From contig CALBOE010000006.1 in NCBI GenBank assembly GCA_937896905.1, positions 382,232 through 446,231 of the forward strand: a stretch of 64,000 nucleotides of DNA, in the 5' to 3' direction. Position numbers and translations under genes: made by a program. Shown here one piece after another: positions 18,991 through 27,927 of this stretch. The first letter of the stretch is position 1, and every line of letters starts with the position of its first letter. Below the pieces are notes generated by a model. That model was not told where the DNA came from, searched no databases, and saw only the letters and a list, made by a program, of their open reading frames with translations. This stretch comes from an uncultured Clostridia bacterium (GTDB lineage: Bacteria > Bacillota > Clostridia > Christensenellales > UBA1242).

Positions 18991-19875
18991 ATGAAAATAT
19001 CGGTTATAATTCCGGTTTATAAGGTAGAAAAATTTCTACATAGATGTGTGGAAAGTGTTGTAAAGCAAGATTATAAGAATTTAGAAATTATTCTGGTGGA
19101 CGATGGAAGCCCAGATAATTGCCCACAAATGTGTGACGAATGGGCAGAAAAAGACGAACGAATTAAGGTTGTTCATAAAAAAAATGGAGGCTTAAGTGAT
19201 GCAAGAAATGCGGGGCTTAACGTGGCAACTGGTGAGTTTGTTACATTTTTAGATAGCGACGATTACTTTTTCCCAAACTTTTCAAACGCCTGTAAGTTGG
19301 CAATTGAAAATAAGCAGCAACATGTTTTAAGTTTTGGTAAAAGTAAAGAAAAAATTTATGGCAAACCATATTCAATTAGTGCATGCATGAAGTTATTTAA
19401 TTTAAATTTTCTTAAAGAAAAAAACATTAAATTCTTAAATGGAGTGTACCATGAAGATGTTCCATTTACGCTAGAAATTTTAATCAACACAAATAAAATA
19501 AAATCGTACAAAGAAAATTTCTATTATTATGATGTTTCATCGGCAGAATCAATTACTAGGGAAAAAAATGAAGCAAAGTTTATTAAGCGGTTTAGAGATA
19601 TTTATAGTTCTTTAGAATATGTGAACCAAAAATATAGCAACATTTTAAACGAAAGGCAATTTGCACAGTTCATTTCCAGAACTGCGTATGGCACCATAAA
19701 GTTGGCCCATGCAATAAAATCTCAAGAATATCAAACAGAAATGGTGGAACTAATAAATAAGAATAAAAAATATTTTAAACACCCATTAGATTTTAAAGAT
19801 AAACTTATAAGGCTGTATTGGAATGTCTTTGGGCTGGAAAAAACAATAAGATTTATAAGCAAATTATATAAGTAG
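18991..19875 (+). CDS. Glycosyltransferase family 2
   Basis: Start moved to the ATG at 18991. 'ISVIIPVYKVEKFLHRCVESVVKQ', 'DDGSPD', 'LDSDDY'. Confidence 0.88.
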   Translation: MKISVIIPVYKVEKFLHRCVESVVKQDYKNLEIILVDDGSPDNCPQMCDEWAEKDERIKVVHKKNGGLSDARNAGLNVATGEFVTFLDSDDYFFPNFSNACKLAIENKQQHVLSFGKSKEKIYGKPYSISACMKLFNLNFLKEKNIKFLNGVYHEDVPFTLEILINTNKIKSYKENFYYYDVSSAESITREKNEAKFIKRFRDIYSSLEYVNQKYSNILNERQFAQFISRTAYGTIKLAHAIKSQEYQTEMVELINKNKKYFKHPLDFKDKLIRLYWNVFGLEKTIRFISKLYK

Positions 19876-19883
19876 GAGAAGTT

Positions 19884-20984
19884 ATGAAGAAAGTTATGTT
19901 GGTTTTTGGAACTCGTCCAGAAGCAATAAAAATGTGCCCTCTTGTTCGTGAGTTAAAAACAAGAAAAAATTTAGAAACAATTGTTTGTGTAACAGGTCAA
20001 CATAGGGAAATGTTGCATCAAGTTTTAAAAGTGTTTGATGTGGTTCCTAATTATGATTTAGATATAATGAAAGATAAGCAAACTCTTTTTGACATAACAA
20101 CAAATATACTGGAACGAATAAAGGCCGTTTTGGAAAAAGAAAAGCCAGATGTTGTTTTGGTGCATGGTGATACATCGACAACATTTGTAAGCGCCCTGGC
20201 TTGCTTTTATATGCACATTCCTGTGGGACATGTGGAAGCAGGGCTTAGAACCTATAATTTAGATTCGCCTTGGCCAGAAGAATTTAATAGGCAGGCGGTG
20301 AGCATAATATCTAAGTTTAATTTTTCACCAACAGAACTTTCTGCTCAAAATCTAATAAGTGAAGGAAAAGATAAATCAACAATACACATAACAGGGAACA
20401 CTGCAATAGACGCATTAAAAACAACAGTTAAAAGAGAATATAAAAATCCCGTATTGGATTGGGCAAACGGTTCAAGATTAATTATGCTTACAGCACATAG
20501 AAGAGAAAATCTTGGCGAACCAATGCGCCAAATGTTCAAGGCTATAAAACGAATTGTTAATGAGTTTGAAGATGTTAAAGTTGTTTATCCAATACATATG
20601 AATCCATTGGTGAGAGCAACTGCCAATGAAATTCTTGGAGATAATGACAGGATTAAAATTATCGAGCCGTTAGAGGTGATTGATTTTCATAACTTCTTGG
20701 CAAGAAGTTATATGATTTTAACAGATAGCGGTGGTATTCAAGAAGAGGCTCCGTCTTTAGGTAAGCCAGTTCTCGTAATGAGGGACACAACAGAAAGGCC
20801 AGAGGGCATTAAAGCTGGAACCCTAAAACTTGTGGGAACTGAAGAAGAAACAATTTATTCTAACTTTAAATTATTGCTTGAAAACCAAGAGGAGTATGCC
20901 AAAATGGCGCAAGCAAAAAATCCTTATGGCGATGGAACTGCATGCCAACAAATTGCAAACATTTTGGAATGCTGGTTGAATTAA
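19884..20984 (+). CDS. wecB: UDP-N-acetylglucosamine 2-epimerase (non-hydrolysing)
   Basis: 'VFGTRPEAIKMCPL', 'VHGDTSTT', 'LTDSGGIQEEAPSLGKPVLVMR'. Confidence 0.93.
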   Translation: MKKVMLVFGTRPEAIKMCPLVRELKTRKNLETIVCVTGQHREMLHQVLKVFDVVPNYDLDIMKDKQTLFDITTNILERIKAVLEKEKPDVVLVHGDTSTTFVSALACFYMHIPVGHVEAGLRTYNLDSPWPEEFNRQAVSIISKFNFSPTELSAQNLISEGKDKSTIHITGNTAIDALKTTVKREYKNPVLDWANGSRLIMLTAHRRENLGEPMRQMFKAIKRIVNEFEDVKVVYPIHMNPLVRATANEILGDNDRIKIIEPLEVIDFHNFLARSYMILTDSGGIQEEAPSLGKPVLVMRDTTERPEGIKAGTLKLVGTEEETIYSNFKLLLENQEEYAKMAQAKNPYGDGTACQQIANILECWLN

Positions 20985-21005
20985 ATAATAATCAGGAGAA
21001 AACAA

Positions 21006-21947
21006 ATGGAAGAAGTTAAAGTTTCGGTTATTGTTCCAATTTATAATGTAGAAAAATATTTAAAACGCTGTGTTGATAGTATTATAAATCAAACATACAA
21101 AAACTTAGAAATCATTTTGGTTAATGACGGAAGTCCAGATAACTGTCCACAAATGTGCGACGAATTTGCAAAACAAGACAGTAGAATTAAGGTTGTTCAT
21201 AAGCCAAACGGCGGAATTAGTTCTGCAAGAAATGCAGGATTAAAAATGGTTACGGGTGAATATTTTTGCTTTGTGGATAGCGACGATTGGCTACATAAAC
21301 AGAATGTGGAAGCACTTATGTTTGCAGTAAACAAGCATAAGTCCGATTTAACTGTGGCAGACTTTTTAATAGCGTATGACGATGAGACTTACGAGGAACA
21401 GGAAATAACATCTTTCGAATGCGAATGCAACGAAAACAAATTTAAATACTATGCCAAGTATTTAACGTCACCTTGGAACAAACTATATAAAACTGCAACA
21501 TTTAAGGATTTACATTATCCAGATGGGCGAGTGTATGAAGATGCTCACGTGGCACCATGGCTTTTTGAAACTGCGGAAAAAATTTCGTTAGTGAAAAATA
21601 AATTATACTACTATTTTCAAAGACGAAATAGCATAATGGGCTCTTTAAAACAAAAATTTTTCGAAAGTTACATTTATGAAATGTACGAAAATCAAATTAA
21701 AACCAATCAATTTATAGATATTAAAAAACATGCATTAATGTGTATGTTAACTTGCTACACGCACGATAGATTTATTGCCTTAATGTTTAAAAACAAACAG
21801 AAAGCAAACGAATTTAAAAACAAAATTAAAGAAACAAAAAGAAAACATATAAAACTTTATAGAATGAACAGTTTTAAAAATAAAACAAGTTACTATAAAG
21901 CAAAATTGAAAATATTGTTATATAAATTTGGTATGTTTAGAAAATAA
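21006..21947 (+). CDS. Glycosyltransferase family 2
   Basis: 'VSVIVPIYNVEKYLKRCVDSIINQ', 'NDGSPD', 'VDSDDW'. N-terminal half is paralogous to the 18991 gene. Confidence 0.88.
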   Translation: MEEVKVSVIVPIYNVEKYLKRCVDSIINQTYKNLEIILVNDGSPDNCPQMCDEFAKQDSRIKVVHKPNGGISSARNAGLKMVTGEYFCFVDSDDWLHKQNVEALMFAVNKHKSDLTVADFLIAYDDETYEEQEITSFECECNENKFKYYAKYLTSPWNKLYKTATFKDLHYPDGRVYEDAHVAPWLFETAEKISLVKNKLYYYFQRRNSIMGSLKQKFFESYIYEMYENQIKTNQFIDIKKHALMCMLTCYTHDRFIALMFKNKQKANEFKNKIKETKRKHIKLYRMNSFKNKTSYYKAKLKILLYKFGMFRK

Positions 21948-21949
21948 AA

Positions 21950-23488
21950 ATGGAACAATCTAGAACTCAACACGTTAAGAAAAACATTGTTTTTAATATT
22001 TTAAAATTTGCAACACAATTATTGTTGCAATTTGTTTTGCGCACCATTTTAATTTATTTTATGGGGGCGGAATATATTGGGTTAAACGGATTGTTTACAA
22101 ACATATTTTCATTTCTAAACTTGGCAGAATTGGGCATTGGCAGTGCCATAACCTTTAGTATGTATAAGCCCATTGCGGAAGGTGATACAGAAAAGGTTAA
22201 AGCCTTAGAAAATTTATATAAGAAGTTTTATTTAGTTATTGCTAGCATAGTTTTAGGTTTGGGGCTTTTAATAACGCCGTTTTTAAAATATTTAATTAAG
22301 GGTGGCGTTACTGTTAACATAAACATTTATGTGTTATATATTTTATATTTAATTAACACACTTGTTGGGTATTTTTCGGCACACAAACGCTCTCTGTTGT
22401 TTGCGCATCAAAGAAGTGATGTGGAAAGCCGGGTTGGAATTGTTAATTTATTTGTAATGACAATTTTGCAGATTATCGTTTTAATATTAACCAAAAATTA
22501 TTATGTATTTTTTGTGGTTAACATTTTGTGCACAACGGCTGAGTGTTTAATAATTCATAAATTGGCAAAAAAACTATTCCCAAACATTTCAGGGAAATCG
22601 CAACCAGTTGATGCGGAAACAAAAAAAGTTATAACCAAAAATGTTGTTGCTTTAAGTATGCACAAGGTTGGTGGCGCGGTTGTTTTTTCCACCGACAACA
22701 TTTTAATATCCGCCTTTTTGGGTGCGGTTACTCTGGGGGCATATTCCAACTACTACCTAATAATTTCAAGTTTAATTGCAATTTTTAACTTAATTGCAAA
22801 TGCTATAACTGCAAGCGTTGGAAATTTAATTGCTAATCAAAGTGTTGAATATGTGCATAATAAATTTAAACAAATAAATTTAATGTTTGCAATTTTATCT
22901 GCATTTTGTTCTGTGTGTTTCTTTGTTTTATGTCAACCATTCATAAAATTATGGACTGGCGGAAACGAGTTTATGCTTGCAACAAGCACAACATTATTGT
23001 TAAGCATTAGTTTCTATATTTCTAAAATGCGCCAAGCGGTGTTGATGTTTAGAGATGCGGCGGGGTTGTTCTGGCACGACAGATGGAAACCTATTATAGA
23101 AGCGGCAGTTAATTTAATTGGCTCAATAATTCTTGCGAAGTTTTTAGGAATAAATGGAATTGTTCTTGGTACAATTATAAGCACTTTATGTGCACCATTG
23201 TGGGTTGAACCTTTAATTTTGTATAAACATTATTTCAAAAGGAATTGTTGGGTATATTTTAAGCAATATTTAATTAACACCTTAATAACCATTGTGGTTG
23301 GTTGTACGTGTTATTTTACTTGCACATTAATTCCAAACGGAGGTATTTGGCTTTTAATTGCAAAATTTGCAGCGTGCGCTACTTTGTGTGGTGTGCTGTT
23401 GCTAGCGGCTTACAGTCCAACAAAAGAGTTTAAAATCTTGATGTCGACCGTTAAAGATTTACTTCTAATTAGGGGGAAAAACAAATAA
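21950..23488 (+). CDS. wzx: Polysaccharide flippase (Wzx, MOP superfamily)
   Basis: About 12-14 TM protein at the end of the glycosyltransferase operon, with a typical Wzx N-terminus. Confidence 0.85.
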   Translation: MEQSRTQHVKKNIVFNILKFATQLLLQFVLRTILIYFMGAEYIGLNGLFTNIFSFLNLAELGIGSAITFSMYKPIAEGDTEKVKALENLYKKFYLVIASIVLGLGLLITPFLKYLIKGGVTVNINIYVLYILYLINTLVGYFSAHKRSLLFAHQRSDVESRVGIVNLFVMTILQIIVLILTKNYYVFFVVNILCTTAECLIIHKLAKKLFPNISGKSQPVDAETKKVITKNVVALSMHKVGGAVVFSTDNILISAFLGAVTLGAYSNYYLIISSLIAIFNLIANAITASVGNLIANQSVEYVHNKFKQINLMFAILSAFCSVCFFVLCQPFIKLWTGGNEFMLATSTTLLLSISFYISKMRQAVLMFRDAAGLFWHDRWKPIIEAAVNLIGSIILAKFLGINGIVLGTIISTLCAPLWVEPLILYKHYFKRNCWVYFKQYLINTLITIVVGCTCYFTCTLIPNGGIWLLIAKFAACATLCGVLLLAAYSPTKEFKILMSTVKDLLLIRGKNK

Positions 23489-23490
23489 AA

Positions 23491-23517
23491 AATGTGAACA
23501 GTTGTGTTCACATTTTT
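23491..23517 (+). terminator. Rho-independent terminator of the polysaccharide operon
   Basis: AATGTGAACA (23491-23500) pairs with TGTTCACATT (23505-23514), followed by a T-run. Confidence 0.85.
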
Positions 23518-23518
23518 G

Positions 23519-23914
23519 TTAAACGGACAATATTTCAATTATACTATTTAATAAAGGTGCAGTGGTAACAAACTCAAACATTAATTGATTGCAGTTGGTA
23601 GATTTTCCAAGTTGACCATTAACAATGAGCTCGTTGGAGTTTATTTCAAAATGTACATATCCGTCGGTTCTTTTGCTGTGATCGTCTAAACAAACGGTTT
23701 GTTTGAAATTAGAAATTAAATCTTTAAAATCCTGAGTAACACCTTCGCAATATTTTTTAAATACGGTAAAATTATCCGAGCCTTTAAAACGTTCGTTTTC
23801 AAATTCAATTTTAAACTCGGCATACTCTGGGAATTCGTCACAATTTTTATTCGGCAGTTTAGTAATTGTTAGTTTTTCATTTCCCTGTTTCCAACTAAAT
23901 GATTGGCTTTGCAT
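23519..23914 (-). CDS. Hypothetical protein
   Basis: Start moved to the ATG at 23914, which has GGAGG upstream. No domain recognised. Confidence 0.5.
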   Translation of the reverse strand: MQSQSFSWKQGNEKLTITKLPNKNCDEFPEYAEFKIEFENERFKGSDNFTVFKKYCEGVTQDFKDLISNFKQTVCLDDHSKRTDGYVHFEINSNELIVNGQLGKSTNCNQLMFEFVTTAPLLNSIIEILSV

Positions 23915-24232
23915 TATTCCTCCATATTTTGTAATAATAACAAAATACAACAAATTCTAACAAAAGTCAATAATTTTGAACAAAATATTGAAAATTTTAA
24001 AAAAATAAAAATTAAGCACTGAAAAGATAGCAATATAGCAATTTATTCTTTTGTTATTTGCGGTAAAAGATTTAGCAATTTACAATAGGCTAAACAATTT
24101 CACTACTATCATATTATTGCCGTTTTAACTGAATTTATTAGGCTGTAATTCTTCAAATATAACTTAAGGAAGAGAAAAATCTTTAATTGAGGTTATTATT
24201 AAAAGGGATGAAAATGAAAAAAATTTTGACAT

Positions 24233-24288
24233 AAAAAAACCTTTAGTTTACGCAAGCAAATGCAAGGCGTTTACTTATAACTAAAGGG
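24233..24288 (-). terminator. Terminator of the disrupted host tRNA-Thr gene
   Basis: Immediately 3' of the tRNA remnant on the minus strand. CCTTTAGTT (24240-24248) pairs with AACTAAAGG (24279-24287), with inner ACGC/GCGT pairing. T7 on the minus strand (A-run 24233-24239). Confidence 0.65.
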
Positions 24289-24296
24289 CGTTTTAA

Positions 24297-24343
24297 TGGA
24301 GCTGATAACGGGAATCGAACCCGTGACCTCCACCTTACCAAGG
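24297..24343 (-). pseudogene. 3' half of a tRNA-Thr(GGU) gene (position 30 to CCA), distal att remnant of the island
   Basis: Minus strand reads CCTTGGTAA-GGTGG-AGGTC-ACGGG-TTCGATT-CCCGT-TATCAGC-T-CCA. No D-arm or 5' acceptor adjoins it. Acceptor strand TATCAGC pairs perfectly with GCTGATA of the 5' halves at 39811-40008. Confidence 0.9.
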
Positions 24344-24376
24344 AAATCCATAATAGAAAAGGGTAATACATCACAT

Positions 24377-24407
24377 CAAAAAACCACCTATTTTTAAGGT
24401 GGTTTTT
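24377..24407. terminator. Bidirectional terminator at the island's left end (ends the GNAT/Fic operon)
   Basis: AAACCACCT (24381-24389) pairs with AGGTGGTTT (24397-24405), flanked by A-run and T-run. Confidence 0.75.
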
Positions 24408-24497
24408 GCTATTCCAAAATACATTTCCATACAAACCAAAACTAAAAGTGTTGCAAAAGTATGGAGTAGGGGTATTTTAATGCAAATAATAGGGGTT

Positions 24498-24971
24498 TTA
24501 ACCCAATTTTTCTTCGTTATACCATTTCATACCAGCACCAACATCTTCGTTAGGTCTAGATTTAAAACCAAATCTTTCATAGAAACTTTCACGGTCTTTG
24601 CTCGCGTTTAAATATAAGAATGTATCATCATCCTGGATTGACTTGTACCAATTAACAATTTCACCAATAATGATCGATCCAAATCCTAAACCTTGAAATG
24701 CTTTATCCACAACAACATCATAAATTGTGAAATAAGAACCATCTCCAACAACTCTGCCCATACCAACAATAATATTATCTAAATACAAACTTACCGCAAA
24801 TGTTGAATGTTTTTTATTTTTAGAAACTCTTTTAACACTTCTTTCCCAATCAACACTATTAAATAGTTTTATAAATTCCTTATTGCTAGGCATAGAATAT
24901 TTTACCACAACAGTTTTAACCAATGCTGGTTCAACTTTATCATTATAAACAACAATCTTTTTAGTTTTCAT
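24498..24971 (-). CDS. GNAT family N-acetyltransferase
   Basis: 'VVVDKAFQGLGFGSIIIGEIVNWY' acetyl-CoA binding motif (Q/RxxGxG), 'FYERFGF'. Confidence 0.85.
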   Translation of the reverse strand: MKTKKIVVYNDKVEPALVKTVVVKYSMPSNKEFIKLFNSVDWERSVKRVSKNKKHSTFAVSLYLDNIIVGMGRVVGDGSYFTIYDVVVDKAFQGLGFGSIIIGEIVNWYKSIQDDDTFLYLNASKDRESFYERFGFKSRPNEDVGAGMKWYNEEKLG

Positions 24972-24979
24972 AACAACTC

Positions 24980-25882
24980 CTAATATTTAACTTGGAAATA
25001 ATCCAATAATCTTTTGTATAGGTCTTGTCCAAATCTGCAAGTTTCAATTAAATAGTTTTTATCAATATTCCATTCTTTAAGTCCACGGTAGTATTCAACT
25101 TTGTAATTGTCATCAATGTAGAAAGGAACGATGTTGTTTTTCAAACATTCTTTAAATGCGATAAGGCGACCAACTCTTCCGTTTCCATCTTGGAATGGGT
25201 GGATATTTTCAAAACGATAGTGGAATTCCACAATATCTTCAAAGGTTACATGTTTAATTGAGTTGTACCAGGTTAATAGTTTTTTCATTTCACTTTCAAC
25301 TTTATTTGGTTGAGTTGTTTCAATGCCACCAACAGTATTAGGTAAAACTTTATATTTGCCAGCACCGTACATCTTTGAATGTTCCGTTCCTTCTTTTAAA
25401 AAGTATTGAAGATTGGTAATTAATCTTTCGCAAAGTTCTGCTTCTGCAAAATCGATAATATAGTCCACGCATTTAAAGTGATTATTGGTTTCAATGATAT
25501 CATCTAGGTTGATATTAGAAGGTAAGTTGCCAATGGTCTTAGTTTCAAAGATATAACGTGTTTGGTCTTCTGTTAATCTGCTACCTTCAATGTGATTAGA
25601 ATTGTAGGTTAATTTGATTTGAGTTTCGTGGTACAATCCGTTTCCTAATTTAAACATTTTTTCATTACGAAGAGTTTGGAGAATGTGGTTCACTTCCAAC
25701 ACATCTTCAAAAGAAGCATCTAAGTAAATCAATATCTTACCAACAACAGAGTCGTTAATATCTTCGCCTTTACTGATTTTAGCAATGGTGCGAGAAGAAA
25801 TGCCCAATGTTTCACATAATGCTGATTTTTTTATGCCCTTTCTTTTAAGTAACTCATTAAATTTTTGCTCATTAATGATCAT
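24980..25882 (-). CDS. HTH (XRE-type) + Fic domain protein (AMPylase family, class II with internal inhibitory motif)
   Basis: Start moved to the ATG at 25882 (GGAG RBS). HTH 'KKSALCETLGISSRTIAKISKGE'. 'SNHIEG' = [ST]xxxE[GN]. Fic motif 'HPFQDGNGRVGRL'. Confidence 0.9.
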   Translation of the reverse strand: MIINEQKFNELLKRKGIKKSALCETLGISSRTIAKISKGEDINDSVVGKILIYLDASFEDVLEVNHILQTLRNEKMFKLGNGLYHETQIKLTYNSNHIEGSRLTEDQTRYIFETKTIGNLPSNINLDDIIETNNHFKCVDYIIDFAEAELCERLITNLQYFLKEGTEHSKMYGAGKYKVLPNTVGGIETTQPNKVESEMKKLLTWYNSIKHVTFEDIVEFHYRFENIHPFQDGNGRVGRLIAFKECLKNNIVPFYIDDNYKVEYYRGLKEWNIDKNYLIETCRFGQDLYKRLLDYFQVKY

Positions 25883-25892
25883 ATAAACTCCT

Positions 25893-25981
25893 AAATCTTT
25901 ACTTATATTATCATATTGTTTCAAAAAAGTAAAGATTTTAAGTAAAATTATTAAAAAAAGTAAAGATTTTAGTCTTTACTT
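25893..25981. promoter_or_regulatory. Four copies of AAGTAAAGA(T/C)T in alternating orientation (candidate operator upstream of the HTH-Fic gene)
   Basis: Inverted copy at 25893-25904, direct copies at 25927-25938 and 25958-25969, inverted copy at 25973-25981. Confidence 0.5.
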
Positions 25982-26214
25982 AAAAATAGTTTTTTGCATA
26001 ACTTATAGGTTATTTCGATTGCCTTATCTATCTCAATGCAAGATAGGGCACTTTTTTCTAAATCAATATTAAAGTATTCTCGCCATTTTTCTTTTGAAAA
26101 CTCTTTGGTAAAAGCATCTTCAAGTTCGCAGATTTTTTTCAGTTGCAATTTCTCTTCTGCCGACATGGGTTCTTGGTCTAGCACTTCGTGAACCAATTCA
26201 ATTATTTGTTTCAT
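25969..26214 (-). CDS. Small hypothetical protein (81 aa)
   Basis: Helical and acidic. N-terminus 'MKQIIELV' parallels the neighbouring 77-aa protein 'MNKIIDLV'. Confidence 0.5.
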   Translation of the reverse strand: MKQIIELVHEVLDQEPMSAEEKLQLKKICELEDAFTKEFSKEKWREYFNIDLEKSALSCIEIDKAIEITYKLCKKLFLSKD

Positions 26215-26218
26215 AATG

Positions 26219-26452
26219 CTACCTCAAGTCAAACACATCTTTGCAAACATTGTAGGTATGAATGATATGCTCATCAATATCAAGTTTATGTAATTTATAA
26301 ATTTGTTCCAACAATTCATTAAACAATGTTGCCTGGTTTTCTGTGAAAGTGGAAGTTAAATTCTCCTTGATATGCTGAATTGTGATGCTTTGTTCAAAAT
26401 ATTTGTGAGAATTTTTAAAACTTAAACCTACAAGATCAATAATTTTATTCAT
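26219..26452 (-). CDS. Small hypothetical protein (77 aa), paralog-like to the 25969 gene
   Basis: GGAGG RBS. Similar size and N-terminus to the neighbour. Contains 'STFTEN'. Confidence 0.5.
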   Translation of the reverse strand: MNKIIDLVGLSFKNSHKYFEQSITIQHIKENLTSTFTENQATLFNELLEQIYKLHKLDIDEHIIHTYNVCKDVFDLR

Positions 26453-26542
26453 AAGACCTCCTAAAAGTGTTTGTGTTGTACCGTACTTTCAATTCTTTTG
26501 CAAGTGTTTTTTAGTTAAAATTTCACTGTGCGTAGAAAAAGA

Positions 26543-26764
26543 ACATACACTACATACACTTCCTACACTAAAAAGCACACAATTACCTATAAATAAGGCT
26601 AAAACTCAACAAAATGAAACATTATACCAACATACACCTAACATACACTAATATACACTCAACATACACTAAAAAATTAGCAAAAACATGGAAAACAACA
26701 AAGTATCCCAACGCATTTATACACTTATACATAATTACATCAAAAGTGTATGTAGTGTAGGGTG
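26543..26764. repeat. Array of ACATACAC(T)-type 8-9 bp repeats in a divergent intergenic region
   Basis: Direct copies at 26543, 26552, 26562 (CCTACACT), 26630, 26641, 26651 (ATATACAC) and 26662. Inverted copies in AAGTGTATGTAGTGTAGG at about 26744-26761. Confidence 0.8.
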
Positions 26765-26851
26765 TTTTCTTACGCAAATTATAAAAGTTTATAAAAATGC
26801 AATACAAATCGAATAAATTATGCTATAATTATACCATTAGGAGATTATACA

Positions 26852-27616
26852 ATGGAAAAAGCAGGTGTAATTTATATTTTAACCAATCCATCATTCCCAG
26901 AATATGTGAAAATTGGTTACGCAGATGATGTTAATAAAAGATTGGCTCAATTAAACAGAAGTGAGTGCATTCCTTTTGCGTTTAGAGTTTATGCAACTTA
27001 TGAGGTGAGTTCTAGGTTATCAGATTTGAAAATACATGAGATCATTGACAAACTAAATCCAAACTTAAGATCAATCGATAATTTTGAGGGTAAAAAAAGA
27101 GTAAGAGAGTTTTATGCAATGACTAAAGAAGATGCCTACTTTATCTTAGAAGCAATTGCTGAGATTCATGGATGTACAGATAAACTAAAAAGAATTCAAC
27201 CAACAAAAGATGAACAAGTTGATGAAGAAATTGCTGAAAGAATTGAAACCGAAACTGGAATACGTAGAGGTAATGATCCTATAACTAAAGAAGAATATTT
27301 ATCAGCAAAGAAGGTTGATATGGTAAATCTATATAAAAAGATAGAGCAACGATTACAAGAAGAATTGCCAGAATATGAAGAATATATTTTACCTCAATAT
27401 ATTGGTTTAAAGAAAAATGGGAAATATTTTGCAGAATTTCATTTGCAACAAAATAAAATTCAAATAATGACTTTATTGCCAGATGGAAAGTATTCATTAG
27501 GAAACAAAGTTCCAGATAACTTTTTGTGGACTTTAAAATATAGAATTTACATGTCTAATGAAAAAGAAATAGAAGAATTGATAAGTATAATAAAAGAATC
27601 TTACAATAAAAGATAA
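26852..27616 (+). CDS. T5orf172 (GIY-YIG-like) domain protein
   Basis: 'GVIYILTNPSFPEYVKIGYADDVNKRLAQLN'. TGCTATAAT extended -10 and AGGAG RBS upstream. Confidence 0.78.
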   Translation: MEKAGVIYILTNPSFPEYVKIGYADDVNKRLAQLNRSECIPFAFRVYATYEVSSRLSDLKIHEIIDKLNPNLRSIDNFEGKKRVREFYAMTKEDAYFILEAIAEIHGCTDKLKRIQPTKDEQVDEEIAERIETETGIRRGNDPITKEEYLSAKKVDMVNLYKKIEQRLQEELPEYEEYILPQYIGLKKNGKYFAEFHLQQNKIQIMTLLPDGKYSLGNKVPDNFLWTLKYRIYMSNEKEIEELISIIKESYNKR

Positions 27617-27623
27617 TAATTTA

Positions 27624-27654
27624 AAAAGCAGTAAATCTAATTACTGTTTTTTTT
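27624..27654 (+). terminator. Rho-independent terminator
   Basis: CAGTAA (27629-27634) pairs with TTACTG (27641-27646), followed by T8. Confidence 0.65.
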
Positions 27655-27697
27655 ATTTATTAAAATCACTTGTTTTTTTATTTTTTATATGTTAAAC

Positions 27698-27727
27698 TTA
27701 GACTAAATTTAAACTATATTTAGACTA
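27698..27727 (+). promoter_or_regulatory. Two direct TTAGACTAA repeats 21 bp apart (candidate operator of the R-M operon)
   Basis: TTAGACTAA at 27698-27706 and 27719-27727, directly upstream of the RBS/ATG of the AbrB-like gene. Confidence 0.5.
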
Positions 27728-27738
27728 ATGGAGTTGAA

Positions 27739-27927
27739 ATGATAATTAAAAAAAATGTGATATATCAGAAGGATAGGAGAATACGATTGCCAGAACAAAT
27801 TGAAAACAATTTGGGTTGGATAGGGGGAACAACAAACTTAGATATTATAATAGATAAAAATAAAATCATAATACAAAAATCAAAAGAAATAAAACCAAAC
27901 AATTATGGTAAAAAGGAGAAAATATAA
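27739..27927 (+). CDS. AbrB/SpoVT/MazE-fold small DNA-binding protein (putative controller of the R-M operon)
   Basis: 'DRRIRLPEQIENNLGWIGGTTNLDIIIDKNKIIIQK' fits the looped-hinge-helix pattern. TAATG overlap with the next gene. Confidence 0.6.
   Translation: MIIKKNVIYQKDRRIRLPEQIENNLGWIGGTTNLDIIIDKNKIIIQKSKEIKPNNYGKKEKI

Noticed and set aside
26219-26452. 'STFTEN' in the 77-aa protein as a FicA/VbhA-type [ST]xxxE[GN] antitoxin motif
   Set aside because: The Fic protein already has an internal 'SNHIEG' inhibitory motif (class II). A six-residue pattern in a small protein is easily chance. It is kept only as a note within the operon finding.
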